In this document: positions 37,146-47,585 of the stretch, one piece after another
Numbering within the stretch: position 1 is the stretch's first letter
Layout of the letters: the number at the start of each line of letters is the position of its first letter
Notes under the pieces: generated by a model
What the model was told of the DNA's origin: nothing
Seen by the model: only the letters and a program-made list of their open reading frames with translations
The model's database searches: none
Assembly: GCA_040772485.1 (NCBI GenBank)
Contig: JAXGYC010000007.1
Coordinates: 128,001 to 192,000, forward strand
Length of the DNA stretch: 64,000 bases
From: Sedimentisphaerales bacterium
Lineage (GTDB): Bacteria > Planctomycetota > Phycisphaerae > Sedimentisphaerales > Anaerobacaceae
Reading direction: 5' to 3'
Made by a program: the position numbers and the translations under genes

Positions 37146-38168
37146 CTACCCGAACACAAGCGTATAACACCTGTCCGCCATACGGTACTGCCTCAGACCG
37201 TTCAGTACGATAATGGCACAGTATGTCGCCACTGTCACGAGGATGACGCAACAGGAGTAACGGAGCCACTCTGGCATGCCTGACTGGCCACCCAACACAA
37301 CCAACACCTTAACCAAAGCCATTTGAAACAGATATGCGAACAACGTATATCTTCCCACGATAGTGAGGTGACGAATGCCCCATCGCCACCGACCGAAGGA
37401 ACCAAGAAATACGTAGAACCAGAGCAGCGTCTCAACGGACCGTAAAGGCAGTTCGGCAACGTTAGGCAGCCGGAACCCGTGCCTCGACCGAATCACAACG
37501 TCCACAGCCACAGGAACCAGCAAAAGCACCCAAGCCCTGCGAAGAAACCGATCATATCTGCGCAAACCTCCCCCGCTGGCGGCAATCCCTACCATCATTC
37601 CCAATGCACCGCAAGCTAAGAAAAGGGGAGTATCTCCACCCATGACAATCCCGAGAAATATGGCCGCCGTCAGAAGTACGTGGGCTATCAGGTAGCACCG
37701 CGCAATGAGTGCCGCCAAACACAGGAACTCTGTGATGTACACTAGTACCTCAAAAGCGAAATAGTCGCCCGAGATCCCCACAACACAGCGTTCCAAACAC
37801 GATCGCCAGTTCGCTAGCACCACACTGATTTTGTCCCAACCGGGCCCCAACCCCGCCACATTCAGCGCCACGTTACATACCGTAAACAGGAAAGCCACTT
37901 TCACGGCTCGATTGAGCAGTCGTTTCACGACAGCCGCTCGGTTCTGCCTAACCCTTGGCCAGTAGTGGTACCCACACAGAAAACCGGTGATCTCCAGAAA
38001 CGCCGAATGAACAAAAGGAATGGCGTTTGTCACCCGCTCTAACTCAGGACCGCGCTCCGCACTGGCATTGTGATAGATAATCATGACTACGACCAAGCAT
38101 CCCTTGATCACATCCAGGTCCTGATTCCTGGGCTGATCGGAAATCGGTCGAAAGGCAAAAGACATCAT
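37146..38168 (-). CDS. Acyltransferase-3/OpgC-like membrane protein
   Basis: RNQDLDVIKG...MIIYH, F..ITGF, GRYTLFAYLFQ; multi-TM. Confidence 0.7.
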   Translation of the reverse strand: MMSFAFRPISDQPRNQDLDVIKGCLVVVMIIYHNASAERGPELERVTNAIPFVHSAFLEITGFLCGYHYWPRVRQNRAAVVKRLLNRAVKVAFLFTVCNVALNVAGLGPGWDKISVVLANWRSCLERCVVGISGDYFAFEVLVYITEFLCLAALIARCYLIAHVLLTAAIFLGIVMGGDTPLFLACGALGMMVGIAASGGGLRRYDRFLRRAWVLLLVPVAVDVVIRSRHGFRLPNVAELPLRSVETLLWFYVFLGSFGRWRWGIRHLTIVGRYTLFAYLFQMALVKVLVVLGGQSGMPEWLRYSCCVILVTVATYCAIIVLNGLRQYRMADRCYTLVFG

Positions 38169-38452
38169 CGAAAAAGCAACTCAGACTCAGAACCTATCCG
38201 AACCACCAGGAATAGCGAAGCATGACTAACGCAAAGGCAGAGTCAAAGAGAACCAGACAATCCTCCACTTTCTCTTTCCCCTACGCTTGAATGCAACGGA
38301 ATGAAACTATACAGCCACGTCAACCCCATCGGCATACTGTTGGAAACACACTGCGACTGGCACTCTGCTTAGTCCGGCTCGAGGAATCGTGATCGGTTTG
38401 TGCCTCCATTCCGCAACCCACAGGTCACGACCCCATTCATGCATTCCCGGAA

Positions 38453-39238
38453 TCAGCCATACCGCCGGCCCGCATACGAGACGATGACAGCACGCAACTC
38501 AGATGGCAACCGGTCGCTTAGAGGAACCGCACGACTGGCTGAATCCACGACAACGCGGTCTGGACGATCCTGAACGGGGTGAATCATCACCTCGCACGAG
38601 GCAAGAGGGAATCTGTCGATATGCTCGATATGCCATAGGAAGTTAGCCAAGGACCCAAAATAACGTGTGCGTGCGAAGCCCCGGCTACGAATCTTCAGAT
38701 TAACGGCCCGGCGGTACAATCGCAACGACGCCGACGTCAGATCTCCACAGTTGACTGCCAGTCTTACATACGGGATGTTGTATGTTCCGGCCATATTGAG
38801 CACAATTGGCAATATAGGCCAGAGTTCATGAATGTGGTGATGGGAATCCATGTGCGTTATGGGTAACCCAGCAGCTCTAGCCTTATTGATTTGGGCCGCG
38901 AGTTCTCTCGCTATGGCGGTTCTTTCATCACGCTGTACGAAGAAGCGATTGGCCCGGGCACAAAACCGGCCCTGGCTGCTGCACAGACGTGTGCACCGCC
39001 TGATATCGGTAGTCAAGGGGACCCCTTCATCCAAGACGATATGCAGACCCACATGGTCCAAAAGCCTATGCTCTCGGGCGATTGCGCATGCCTCCTCAAA
39101 GGCAACTCCATTTGCCAATATCGACGTACTTGAACACAACGCATGTCGGAAGCAATACAGGATTGCCTCGTTGACTTCGTGACTCCTGCCAAAGTCATCG
39201 GCATTGACGATCAAAGTAGGGCCGTTCCTCACACTCAT
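38453..39238 (-). CDS. ChbG/HpnK (YdjC) family carbohydrate deacetylase
   Basis: LIVNADDFG, VGLH, THMDSHHHIH, EVMIHP. Confidence 0.9.
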   Translation of the reverse strand: MSVRNGPTLIVNADDFGRSHEVNEAILYCFRHALCSSTSILANGVAFEEACAIAREHRLLDHVGLHIVLDEGVPLTTDIRRCTRLCSSQGRFCARANRFFVQRDERTAIARELAAQINKARAAGLPITHMDSHHHIHELWPILPIVLNMAGTYNIPYVRLAVNCGDLTSASLRLYRRAVNLKIRSRGFARTRYFGSLANFLWHIEHIDRFPLASCEVMIHPVQDRPDRVVVDSASRAVPLSDRLPSELRAVIVSYAGRRYG

Positions 39239-39267
39239 TGCACATCTGCCGGTTCGCTATCTCAGGA

Positions 39268-40593
39268 CTACCCTATCACTTGCACGAACACAGGCTCGGT
39301 ATCCGGTGCACTCTGCTCGAGCGCCTGTAATTTGGACACCCAATACACATTGCACACCGCATGGGAACACAGAAGACCGACGGCGGCACCCTGTGGTCCC
39401 AGCATTCGAGTTCCTGCAACACCCACAGTCAGAGTAGCTACAGCCCCCACAAAACGTCCGATGAACGTTAAATCGGTTCGTCTCACAGCCTCAAACGCGA
39501 TGCTGAACGGAGCACCGAGAACGTACATGCCCGTAGCCAGAACACACGTTACCAGAATCCACCTCGTCCCACCATACCCAGGACCATACAGATGAACCAT
39601 TGCCCAGTCGCCCCAAATCAGAGCGGCTGTGACGAGCATGACAATTGGCAGCGACAGCCCAGCCACCATAGTGAAAACCATGCTCCTGAGTCGTCGAGGA
39701 TTGTCGGTAGCGACGCGTGCGGTTCTGGGACGCAGATAGCTGCTCAACCCCATGAACAGTGGGTTGAGCAGCAAAGCCAACTGGAGGCAAGCGCCGTAAA
39801 CACCAACTTGGGTGGTTCCGTCGAACGCGGCGAGGGCGAAAGGATATGTAGACACCGCCACCACGTACGCAAGCGTGCGAGCTAGGAGCCATTTGCCAAG
39901 GTCCCAGTTAGAGACGCAATCCCGGCGAATCTGATTTGCCATGAAGCGGGGCTGTCTCCAGTAGAGAAGACTGACAATAACAGCCGGTATCCCTGAGCAA
40001 CACGTAATGATCAGAAAGGCCCCCGATGCACTAAGAGTGCAGTTGTGCTGGGTCCATGAGAGAGCCCCAATCGTCAACACATTGGCCGCAAGACCCATGG
40101 CCAGGCAGGTCCAGACTCGAAGCTCAGCAAGCAGGACAAACCGGAGGAACTCTCGAATCATGAGCGCCAATGATGCTGCACAGAGCGCGAACACAATTCT
40201 GGCAAGAGCAACATTCTCACCCAAGGCACTGGTCACGCGCGAGCCAACCACGAAACCGATTAAGACAACAAAGCAGATAGATAGTTGGAGAACCACGTTG
40301 CTCCCAAGACACGCATTTCGCCCTTCCTTTCCGTAGCGGGGATACTGAACGGTGTACGGAACAGAGACAAGGCTCTCTTGAATTCCGATGATAAACCGAA
40401 TTAGGGACAATCCCATGACGAATACACCGTACTCAGCCCGGGTACAGGATCGCGCAATCAAGACGCCGACAAGGAAACTGGCAATACTCGTGAAGCCTTG
40501 GTCCGCAATAACGATGCAGGCCTGAGCCATGTTCTTCCCGACAAGGCGGCGAGACATCATTCGAAAGACATCAGTACTGACGAGAGGCTTCAT
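39268..40593 (-). CDS. Wzx-type flippase (copy 2)
   Basis: Multi-TM; IADQG, EYGVF, LYGPGY; context. Confidence 0.72.
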   Translation of the reverse strand: MKPLVSTDVFRMMSRRLVGKNMAQACIVIADQGFTSIASFLVGVLIARSCTRAEYGVFVMGLSLIRFIIGIQESLVSVPYTVQYPRYGKEGRNACLGSNVVLQLSICFVVLIGFVVGSRVTSALGENVALARIVFALCAASLALMIREFLRFVLLAELRVWTCLAMGLAANVLTIGALSWTQHNCTLSASGAFLIITCCSGIPAVIVSLLYWRQPRFMANQIRRDCVSNWDLGKWLLARTLAYVVAVSTYPFALAAFDGTTQVGVYGACLQLALLLNPLFMGLSSYLRPRTARVATDNPRRLRSMVFTMVAGLSLPIVMLVTAALIWGDWAMVHLYGPGYGGTRWILVTCVLATGMYVLGAPFSIAFEAVRRTDLTFIGRFVGAVATLTVGVAGTRMLGPQGAAVGLLCSHAVCNVYWVSKLQALEQSAPDTEPVFVQVIG

Positions 40594-40604
40594 ATATCAC
40601 AGGA

Positions 40605-42494
40605 TCACTGTCCATATCCCCTCAACGGATGCGGGTACTCGAATGGTTCATAGCTAGGCCTCGGCTCGACAAAATAATCGCGGCCAAGCTCAATAAATTC
40701 GAGCGATCTGTCGTATGACTGCACTTCAGGCACAGTGGACTTATCCCCATCAAGATTGTCCCATATCCAAAGATCATGCACCTGATCCAACCAAGGATAA
40801 TCCCCCCTGAGTTCCTCAGGCGTACCGAACTCAAGCACCAGCCCAATGGGCATGCGGTAGCCCTCAACAACATTGGAGAAGATAACTCCGCTACCGCCAC
40901 GTATAAGCATGCCTAGATCCCCCCCGCTGGTGGGATTCCTGATGACATTGTAATACACCTCAATGCAGCGCGTGCCACGTTCCGAACCATAGCCAGGGCC
41001 ATGCGCATCTACAGCGCTTGAGATTACATTCTCTTCGACCAGATTGTGGCGAAACACATAATGCGCCCCGCGGTTTGCCGCAATGGCGTGACGAGAGCCC
41101 ACAATAGTACAATCCTCAACATATGTTCCGTTTGCCGTGCCGAGTTCCAGCACGTTATCTTGCTGCTCCATTCCGTACACAGATACACCGTAGCCCACAT
41201 TCCCTATCGCCGGTTTGTAGTTGTCGACGAACAGGCAGCGATCAACAACCCCACATGAATCCCCCGACACCTTGATGGCAGCATCGCCAAAGCCCTGGAA
41301 ATAACAGGAGTCGATACGGAAATCGGTACAGTCCTCAATCCATATCCCCCTATCCCATCCCCGATCATCATCGGACGGCATCCCCAAGAGCGTCATACCA
41401 CTGATTCGCGTAGACTTTGGCCGATGTGTGCCAATGACACGAAGAATTGGATCGCTTGAATTGTGCGAACGCATGCCATTCCGGTAAAGTATGGTCTTCC
41501 CGAGGCCCGCTCCTAAAACGTCGAGACCCTCTGGAATGTCTATGATTCCCGCCACTTCGTAACATCCCTCTGGAAGGTGAACAGAACCTTCTAATTCGGC
41601 CTCACAAATCATGTTCTGTATCACTAACGCGTCCTCAGGGATTGCGACCCGGACCCCGGCAAGGACACAATCCTGAAGGACCCGCGCAACGCTATCGGGC
41701 CTCTGCGGTGCCTGCGTCTCGTAGAGTTGTTCAATCTCTCGTGGGGTCAGTAACCTTCGGTAGATCATGATATCGTCTACGTAGCCATCCAGGGTCATTC
41801 CCTCCGGATATCCACCAATCCAGACAGGCATTTGACTTGTACCCAGTACACTATCGACGCTCTTCGTATGCACCAAAACGGCGTCGAGGTAGAGTCTCAT
41901 CTTGTCGCGTCCGTATGCACCGACCAAGTGGTGCCACGTGTTCTGCCGCGGACATACTATGGAAGTGCTATGCCAGAGCCTGGCATCCTGTGAGTCGCTA
42001 TCGAACAATAGGAATCTGAACGCTTGCTCGGATGACATGTCCAAGGCGTAGAGAACAGATGGATCATTCGTATCCTGCATGAGCTTGACAACTATCGTTG
42101 AACCGTCTGGGGGGATACAGTTCAACTTCACCCATGCTGAAAGCGTGATGTCAGGACCGGTATCCAGCGAAGGGACATGGGCGATCTCAACATAGTCATT
42201 GTCACCATCCAGACTGAGCACGTTTCCCTTTTCTGCTTCTTCTATGATTTGTGCGTCACCATGGAAGACCCCTTCGCTTGATCCAACCTCGTCTGCCAAA
42301 TTGCCCTCGAACCTCCACCACGCCACATAGTCGCAGGGCGCGCCAATCGGCTGACCTGCCGTAATGTTCGCGTTGAACGCATGGATGGTGCTGGTTGTGC
42401 CGGCGAGGGCATCATACCGCGGCAGGCATATCGTGCCGAGGAAAGCATAGGTGAACACGTGAATCACACACCGAGTCTGCGAATTGCGGAGCAT
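40605..42494 (-). CDS. LamG-like domain plus right-handed beta-helix protein
   Basis: WWRFEG, LDGDNDYV, ITLSAWV, WHHLVGAY, GYVDDIMIYRRLL (LamG); then VHLPEGCY, GAGLGKTIL and beta-helix-like strands; start uncertain. Confidence 0.75.
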   Translation of the reverse strand: MLRNSQTRCVIHVFTYAFLGTICLPRYDALAGTTSTIHAFNANITAGQPIGAPCDYVAWWRFEGNLADEVGSSEGVFHGDAQIIEEAEKGNVLSLDGDNDYVEIAHVPSLDTGPDITLSAWVKLNCIPPDGSTIVVKLMQDTNDPSVLYALDMSSEQAFRFLLFDSDSQDARLWHSTSIVCPRQNTWHHLVGAYGRDKMRLYLDAVLVHTKSVDSVLGTSQMPVWIGGYPEGMTLDGYVDDIMIYRRLLTPREIEQLYETQAPQRPDSVARVLQDCVLAGVRVAIPEDALVIQNMICEAELEGSVHLPEGCYEVAGIIDIPEGLDVLGAGLGKTILYRNGMRSHNSSDPILRVIGTHRPKSTRISGMTLLGMPSDDDRGWDRGIWIEDCTDFRIDSCYFQGFGDAAIKVSGDSCGVVDRCLFVDNYKPAIGNVGYGVSVYGMEQQDNVLELGTANGTYVEDCTIVGSRHAIAANRGAHYVFRHNLVEENVISSAVDAHGPGYGSERGTRCIEVYYNVIRNPTSGGDLGMLIRGGSGVIFSNVVEGYRMPIGLVLEFGTPEELRGDYPWLDQVHDLWIWDNLDGDKSTVPEVQSYDRSLEFIELGRDYFVEPRPSYEPFEYPHPLRGYGQ

Positions 42495-42728
42495 CTGTAA
42501 GACTCCAAACCTACCGAGAGAAGATCCGCAAACACGAAACGCCCGGATCGACTCAGAGCAGTATCTGAGAGGCGGCCCGAACCACCTGCCATGGTCAAGG
42601 CAGACTCCGTCCTCGTGGGTGTACAGCCCTTTCCCTGAGGACGAATGCTCATCGGACGCATGCGGCGAAACGGCCATTCTCAATGTACTGTCCAACCACG
42701 CTTCGCCCGCACGGGCTCGACGTCCCGT

Positions 42729-45263
42729 CTATGGTGTGCCGCTGGGCTGGCTCACAATGCGCGGATCGACGGACAATCGATTAATCAGTTGCCTCGCCGC
42801 CGCATATTCGGGGCGGAGGCGCAGACAGGTCTCCGCCTCGCGGATTGCTTCCGCCACAGCGCCAAGGTCCGCCAGCAGCCGCGCTCGATTGAAGCGCCAA
42901 TCGACTCTGCCATAGTCTAAGTCGAGGGCCTGACGGTAGAAATCGACGGCCTCCGAAACGCTTCCGTCTCGCGCATAGATCCCCGCCAACCAGGCCAGCG
43001 CCCAGGCAGGAGGCTCCGATTCACGACACCTCTGTTCGAGCAGCGTCACGACCTTACGGCGGGTCTCCTCAACAGATGCTGTGCTCTGGCCCGTCGCCTC
43101 AAGGACACCGACCATGACGCTGAGGTGATGAATGTCTTCGCCGGCGATCTGAAGGGCGAGGTCCGGGCGACCGTACTGATCCGTCAGCAGCAGCGCCACC
43201 TCTCGAAACCGCTGCCGTTCCAATCGGACGGCCCTGTCGAGATGATCGAAGGCCACGTCCACCGCACCTTCCTCCAGGGCCAAGGCTCCGGCGACAAGAC
43301 GTGTGGTGGCGTCGCACGGCGCCAATTCAACACCTTCGCGTATGTGACGCGTGCCTTCGTCGATCCGGCCCAGCACAGAGCGTTCCAACTGACCAAGAAA
43401 ACACCACGTCGCGCCGAACGTCGGACACGACCCGCGGGCGCGGTTCAACTCCTCCGCAATCCGCTCGGCAAACTCCAACGCCTCCACCGGAAGTACGAGC
43501 AGGCCGGTGTTGGGATCGGTCGTACGGCTAATCGCGTGCCATCGGTACACATTCAACCAGTGTCGATATGTGACGTTGTCCGGCTGGCGATCCACCGCCT
43601 TACCGGCCTGCCCCAGCAGGTGGACGTACTCTTCATCCGTGCCCTGCCAGCCGTTCTCCATCAGCCCGCGCTCGGCCGCCAGCACCTGTTTCCAATGCGC
43701 CTCGGCGACACGAGCACTGTTGGCGCCGAGCAGGCCCCAGACCCACACGATGCAGACAACCACCAATCCTACCGTCCAGAACGGCCGGGAATGCGCGGTA
43801 ACGCAGACCGCCTCATGCGATTCGTCGGCCTGCCCCTTCCCAAGACGCGACAGGCGGATCAGGAGGGCACAGAACACCGCCGTCAGGACGGCATTGGCCG
43901 GCAGGTGCTGCCCGAAATCGCTCAAGCTGTGCACCAGAATGGCCACCAGTCCGAATCCGAGGCCATAGGCCACCGAACAGATCGGAACGTGGCTGCCCTT
44001 GATTGCGCGAACGTAATGAATCCCGATGAGCACCGCGAAGGTCAACAGTGCCGCCAGACCGAGGACGCCCATCTCTTCCGCCGCCTGGGCATACTCATTC
44101 TCAGCGTGAGACGCCAATGCCGGCACGGAGGACCGGTCGAACTCCGGGTAGACCACTTCGTGGGTCCCCAAGCCTGTGCCAAAGATGGGGAATCGCGCCC
44201 ATGCCACGGCAATGTCACGGAGAATCTGGCTTCGACCGCTCTCGGCATCGGACAGATCGCGCAACGTCGCCAGCCGGTCATAAACGGCATCGAAGCCGAT
44301 GTACAGAACACAGACGAACGCGCCCAGGGCCAGCAAGAGGATGATCCACCCGGCACCCCGCATCGGCTTTCGCAGGCTCAGAAGCAAGGTGGTAAAGGTG
44401 CCGGCCATGAGCATACTGATCACACCACCTCGGCTCATGGCGAGAAACACGGTGCCGGCCCCGACCGCGATGATGGCCAGCAGCACCCAAAGGGGCCGTG
44501 CCTGGGGCGAGCCAAGGAACTCGGCGACCGCCTCGAGCGTCACCCGGCGGCCTTCGAACCCATGGCAAATCTTCGTGAGCCAGGCCGCCAAAGCGGCCCC
44601 GATGGACAGATTCATGAACTGCGCGAAGTGGCTGTGGTTGACGAACGGCCCGGAGTGAGCCACGCCGTGCGGACTTTCCACAAACCAGTAGATCTTGTTA
44701 TTTCCAAAAAGATTCTGCGCCACGGCCAGCACCGCAATGCCCGCGCCGATTCCGGCGATCGTGACCAGCAGTCGCACAATCTGCTCAGGGCGTCGGTAGA
44801 CATTCACGACGACGGCGAACACCGCCGCTGCCGCCAGGGCAAGTCGCAGCCCATGACAAGTTGCGTGAGGGTAAAAGCTGAGGGTCATCTGGGAAAGGCT
44901 CTCGCCGGCATTGGGCAGATCACCCAGCAGTGCCACCTTGCGCGCCGCTGTGTTCGGCGAGATCCACTGAACCACACCCGTCGGCAGCGGAATCAGTTGC
45001 ACCAGGACCACCAGGATAAATACGGCGACAGGGACATACGCCCACGTCCAGATCGTGCTGCTGGTCCTGGCGACGACGGGCTTCAGGAAAAAGCACACCG
45101 AAATCATGCTGACCAAGGCGATCACGATCATCTCGCTCCACGCTTCCACCACGCCAAACGCCAAAGGCATGAAGATCAGCAGCGCAGTCAGCAGCCACTC
45201 CACGGCGCGATCAAGCCGTTCGCTTCGCTCCTGCAACATCGTGGCCATTTTGCCGACAGACAT
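42729..45263 (-). CDS. O-antigen ligase family protein with C-terminal TPR region
   Basis: GPFVNHSHFA, AMSRGG, PIFGTGLG, HAENEY, HSLSDF; helical TPR-like C-terminus. Confidence 0.82.
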   Translation of the reverse strand: MSVGKMATMLQERSERLDRAVEWLLTALLIFMPLAFGVVEAWSEMIVIALVSMISVCFFLKPVVARTSSTIWTWAYVPVAVFILVVLVQLIPLPTGVVQWISPNTAARKVALLGDLPNAGESLSQMTLSFYPHATCHGLRLALAAAAVFAVVVNVYRRPEQIVRLLVTIAGIGAGIAVLAVAQNLFGNNKIYWFVESPHGVAHSGPFVNHSHFAQFMNLSIGAALAAWLTKICHGFEGRRVTLEAVAEFLGSPQARPLWVLLAIIAVGAGTVFLAMSRGGVISMLMAGTFTTLLLSLRKPMRGAGWIILLLALGAFVCVLYIGFDAVYDRLATLRDLSDAESGRSQILRDIAVAWARFPIFGTGLGTHEVVYPEFDRSSVPALASHAENEYAQAAEEMGVLGLAALLTFAVLIGIHYVRAIKGSHVPICSVAYGLGFGLVAILVHSLSDFGQHLPANAVLTAVFCALLIRLSRLGKGQADESHEAVCVTAHSRPFWTVGLVVVCIVWVWGLLGANSARVAEAHWKQVLAAERGLMENGWQGTDEEYVHLLGQAGKAVDRQPDNVTYRHWLNVYRWHAISRTTDPNTGLLVLPVEALEFAERIAEELNRARGSCPTFGATWCFLGQLERSVLGRIDEGTRHIREGVELAPCDATTRLVAGALALEEGAVDVAFDHLDRAVRLERQRFREVALLLTDQYGRPDLALQIAGEDIHHLSVMVGVLEATGQSTASVEETRRKVVTLLEQRCRESEPPAWALAWLAGIYARDGSVSEAVDFYRQALDLDYGRVDWRFNRARLLADLGAVAEAIREAETCLRLRPEYAAARQLINRLSVDPRIVSQPSGTP

Positions 45264-45305
45264 GGTCAACACTCCGCCGTAAGGCTGTCAGAACAGGGCC
45301 TCATC

Positions 45306-47585
45306 TCATTGGCCTCCTTCAGAAACCATGGCCGGTCGCGGTCTCTTGACGTCGGACTGAATCTCTCGTGTCTTCGCCGCCTTGGCTCCGCTCCGACCCG
45401 AGCCGTTCGAGCCACCATAACTGCCATAGTAGCCATAGCGGTCTCCACTCTTGGCCACATCGTTGACCACCGTTCCCAACAGATGCGCATCGACCCTGTG
45501 CAAGCTATCGATCGCCCGCTGACCGGCCTTCCTGGTCGATTTGCCGGCTCGCAACACAAGGATCGTCACGTCGCAAAGCGCCCCGAGGATTTGCGCGTCG
45601 GCCACGACAGTCACGGGCGGCGCATCAATGATGACGCGGTCGTACACCTCGGTCAGTTGTTTCAGGAGCACGGTGAATCGCTGGCTATTGAGAATCTCCG
45701 ATGGATTTGGAGTCCGGAACCCGCACGGAAGCAGGTTGAGCCCCGCCACGCCCGTCGCTTGAATGGCCTCCGTGAGCTTCCTCTGCCCCAGGAGCACGGC
45801 CCCCAAGCCGCCGTGATCGGGGTCCGTCTCAAAGATGACATGCTGCATCGGTTTTCTGAAGTCGGCGTCCAGGAGAATGATCTTCTGTCCCGCCTGCGCC
45901 ATAGCGATGGCGAGATTGCTCACCAAGGTGGATTTGCCGTCGCCGGCGTCCGGCGATGTGATGAGCATGGTCTTGGTTCCCGTGGGGACGCCGAAGAAGA
46001 TCGCCGTGCGGATCGTGCGAAACGCCTCGGCCTCGGGGACATCGGGCTGCAACTGAATCTTCCGACCGCGTGCGGGGACCGTCTCCTTCCGGGACATGGC
46101 GGGAACCACTCCCAGGACGGGCAACCGGAGCACAGAGGATATCTCCTCGCCCGACCGCAACGTTTGATCCATCAGATCGCGCAGGACGGCCAGCCCCCCT
46201 CCCGCCAGAAGACCCAACACCAGGGCAATCGCCATGACCTTGCTTCTCTGAGGATCTGACGGGAGTTCGGAGATCGACGCCGGCTCCATGATCTGCATTC
46301 GGAGCCGACCGACATCCTCTCCCGCAATGGTCCGGATATCCCTGATCTGCTGTTCCTTCCCTTGGCAGTAGGCCGTCAACTCCGCAACTTCCGTGTCAAG
46401 GCGACGGTACCTGCTGAGCTCCCTGTTCAACTGCAAGACCTTCTGGCCCTGTTCCTGATAAAGACTGGTGAGGTCCTCTTCGCGCTTCTTGGCCTCCACA
46501 TACCGTTGCTCGGCCTCATTCAGCACGATGCGGACGAATCGCTCGTTCAACGTGTCGATGGCCGTCCTGATCCGCTCGATCTGAGCCTCGAGCAACGCGA
46601 TTCGAGGGTGGTCCGCCGTGAGGTCGACGCGGAGTGATGCCAGCTCCCATTCCGCATTTCGCAATTGGGACCCCAACTGCACAATTTCGTTTCCCGTGCC
46701 ACCGTACGCGACAGCAGTGCTCCCGGGCGACGCATACTGTCGGAGAGTCTCGGGATCGTCGGCAAACGTGCGTACGCTGTCGAGGAACAACTCCGCATCA
46801 TTGGCGAGACGCTGGGCCTGTGTGAGTTCCGACTGCAATGTCAGATAGAGCTGCACCACACCACTGCCCTGATCTGAACCCAGCGCCAGCGGCATCGAGG
46901 TGCTTTGGAACTGCTCAAATTCATCGCGTTTCTCCTCCAGTTCCTTCGTGGCCCGCGCCATCTCCTCCTGAAGGATCTTCAGCCCCTGCGAAGAGTCCTC
47001 CCGCTGGTTGTCCGAGCGAGAGGCCATATAGACCTCGACGACCTTGTTGACGATCTGCGGCACCTCGGTGGCATAGGGTGAGCTGAACGAGATGCTGATG
47101 ATCTCATCTCTTCTACCGACCTCCACCTGCACGTTGTGTCGCAGATAGGCCATACGGATCGGAACGTCGGCAAACGTTTGCAGTCGCTGCATCTCGGGCA
47201 GCTCGAGCACCGTGCCAAGAATCGGCTGAGACACGAGCAACCCCGCCTGTGTGTAGAGATAGCGGTCCGTTCGCGGGACCCGTTCGGGCTCGTACGACGA
47301 GACGATGGGGATACCGCTGTAGTCGAGAACCAACTTCGCCGTGCTCGTGTAGATCGGTGTGGCTGTCTGGATGTATACGAAGCCGGCTGCCAGAGACAGC
47401 ACGAGACAGACGAGCATGATCCAGCGGCCTCGCCATATCACCTTGGCAAGGCTCTCGGAGGCGTTGGCAACTGCGGGCGGCGCCATGGGGAGTAGACCTC
47501 CGGCAGAACGGCCTGCAATCCAGCGGTCCGGCCTGCTGGGCACCGGACGCACCAAGGGGTTGTTCTCGCTGTTTGGATGCAGCAT
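45306..47585 (-). CDS. wzc: Wzc-type co-polymerase / BY kinase (copy 2)
   Basis: AEAFRTIRT, Walker A SPDAGDGKST, LDADFRKP, IIDAPP, Tyr cluster YGYYGSY; TAATG coupling with wza. Confidence 0.92.
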   Translation of the reverse strand: MLHPNSENNPLVRPVPSRPDRWIAGRSAGGLLPMAPPAVANASESLAKVIWRGRWIMLVCLVLSLAAGFVYIQTATPIYTSTAKLVLDYSGIPIVSSYEPERVPRTDRYLYTQAGLLVSQPILGTVLELPEMQRLQTFADVPIRMAYLRHNVQVEVGRRDEIISISFSSPYATEVPQIVNKVVEVYMASRSDNQREDSSQGLKILQEEMARATKELEEKRDEFEQFQSTSMPLALGSDQGSGVVQLYLTLQSELTQAQRLANDAELFLDSVRTFADDPETLRQYASPGSTAVAYGGTGNEIVQLGSQLRNAEWELASLRVDLTADHPRIALLEAQIERIRTAIDTLNERFVRIVLNEAEQRYVEAKKREEDLTSLYQEQGQKVLQLNRELSRYRRLDTEVAELTAYCQGKEQQIRDIRTIAGEDVGRLRMQIMEPASISELPSDPQRSKVMAIALVLGLLAGGGLAVLRDLMDQTLRSGEEISSVLRLPVLGVVPAMSRKETVPARGRKIQLQPDVPEAEAFRTIRTAIFFGVPTGTKTMLITSPDAGDGKSTLVSNLAIAMAQAGQKIILLDADFRKPMQHVIFETDPDHGGLGAVLLGQRKLTEAIQATGVAGLNLLPCGFRTPNPSEILNSQRFTVLLKQLTEVYDRVIIDAPPVTVVADAQILGALCDVTILVLRAGKSTRKAGQRAIDSLHRVDAHLLGTVVNDVAKSGDRYGYYGSYGGSNGSGRSGAKAAKTREIQSDVKRPRPAMVSEGGQ

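Noticed and set aside
40891..40898. GGCGGTAG ops-like element on the minus strand
   Set aside because: Lies inside coding sequence (GGS codons) rather than in an operon leader
43125..46259. 1044-aa plus-strand ORF, and similar long ORFs at 11425-13131, 18223-19902, 24279-26339, 47573-49213, 55482-57428 and 60071-61876 (minus)
   Set aside because: They are antisense shadows of well-supported genes in GC-rich DNA and carry no recognisable motifs
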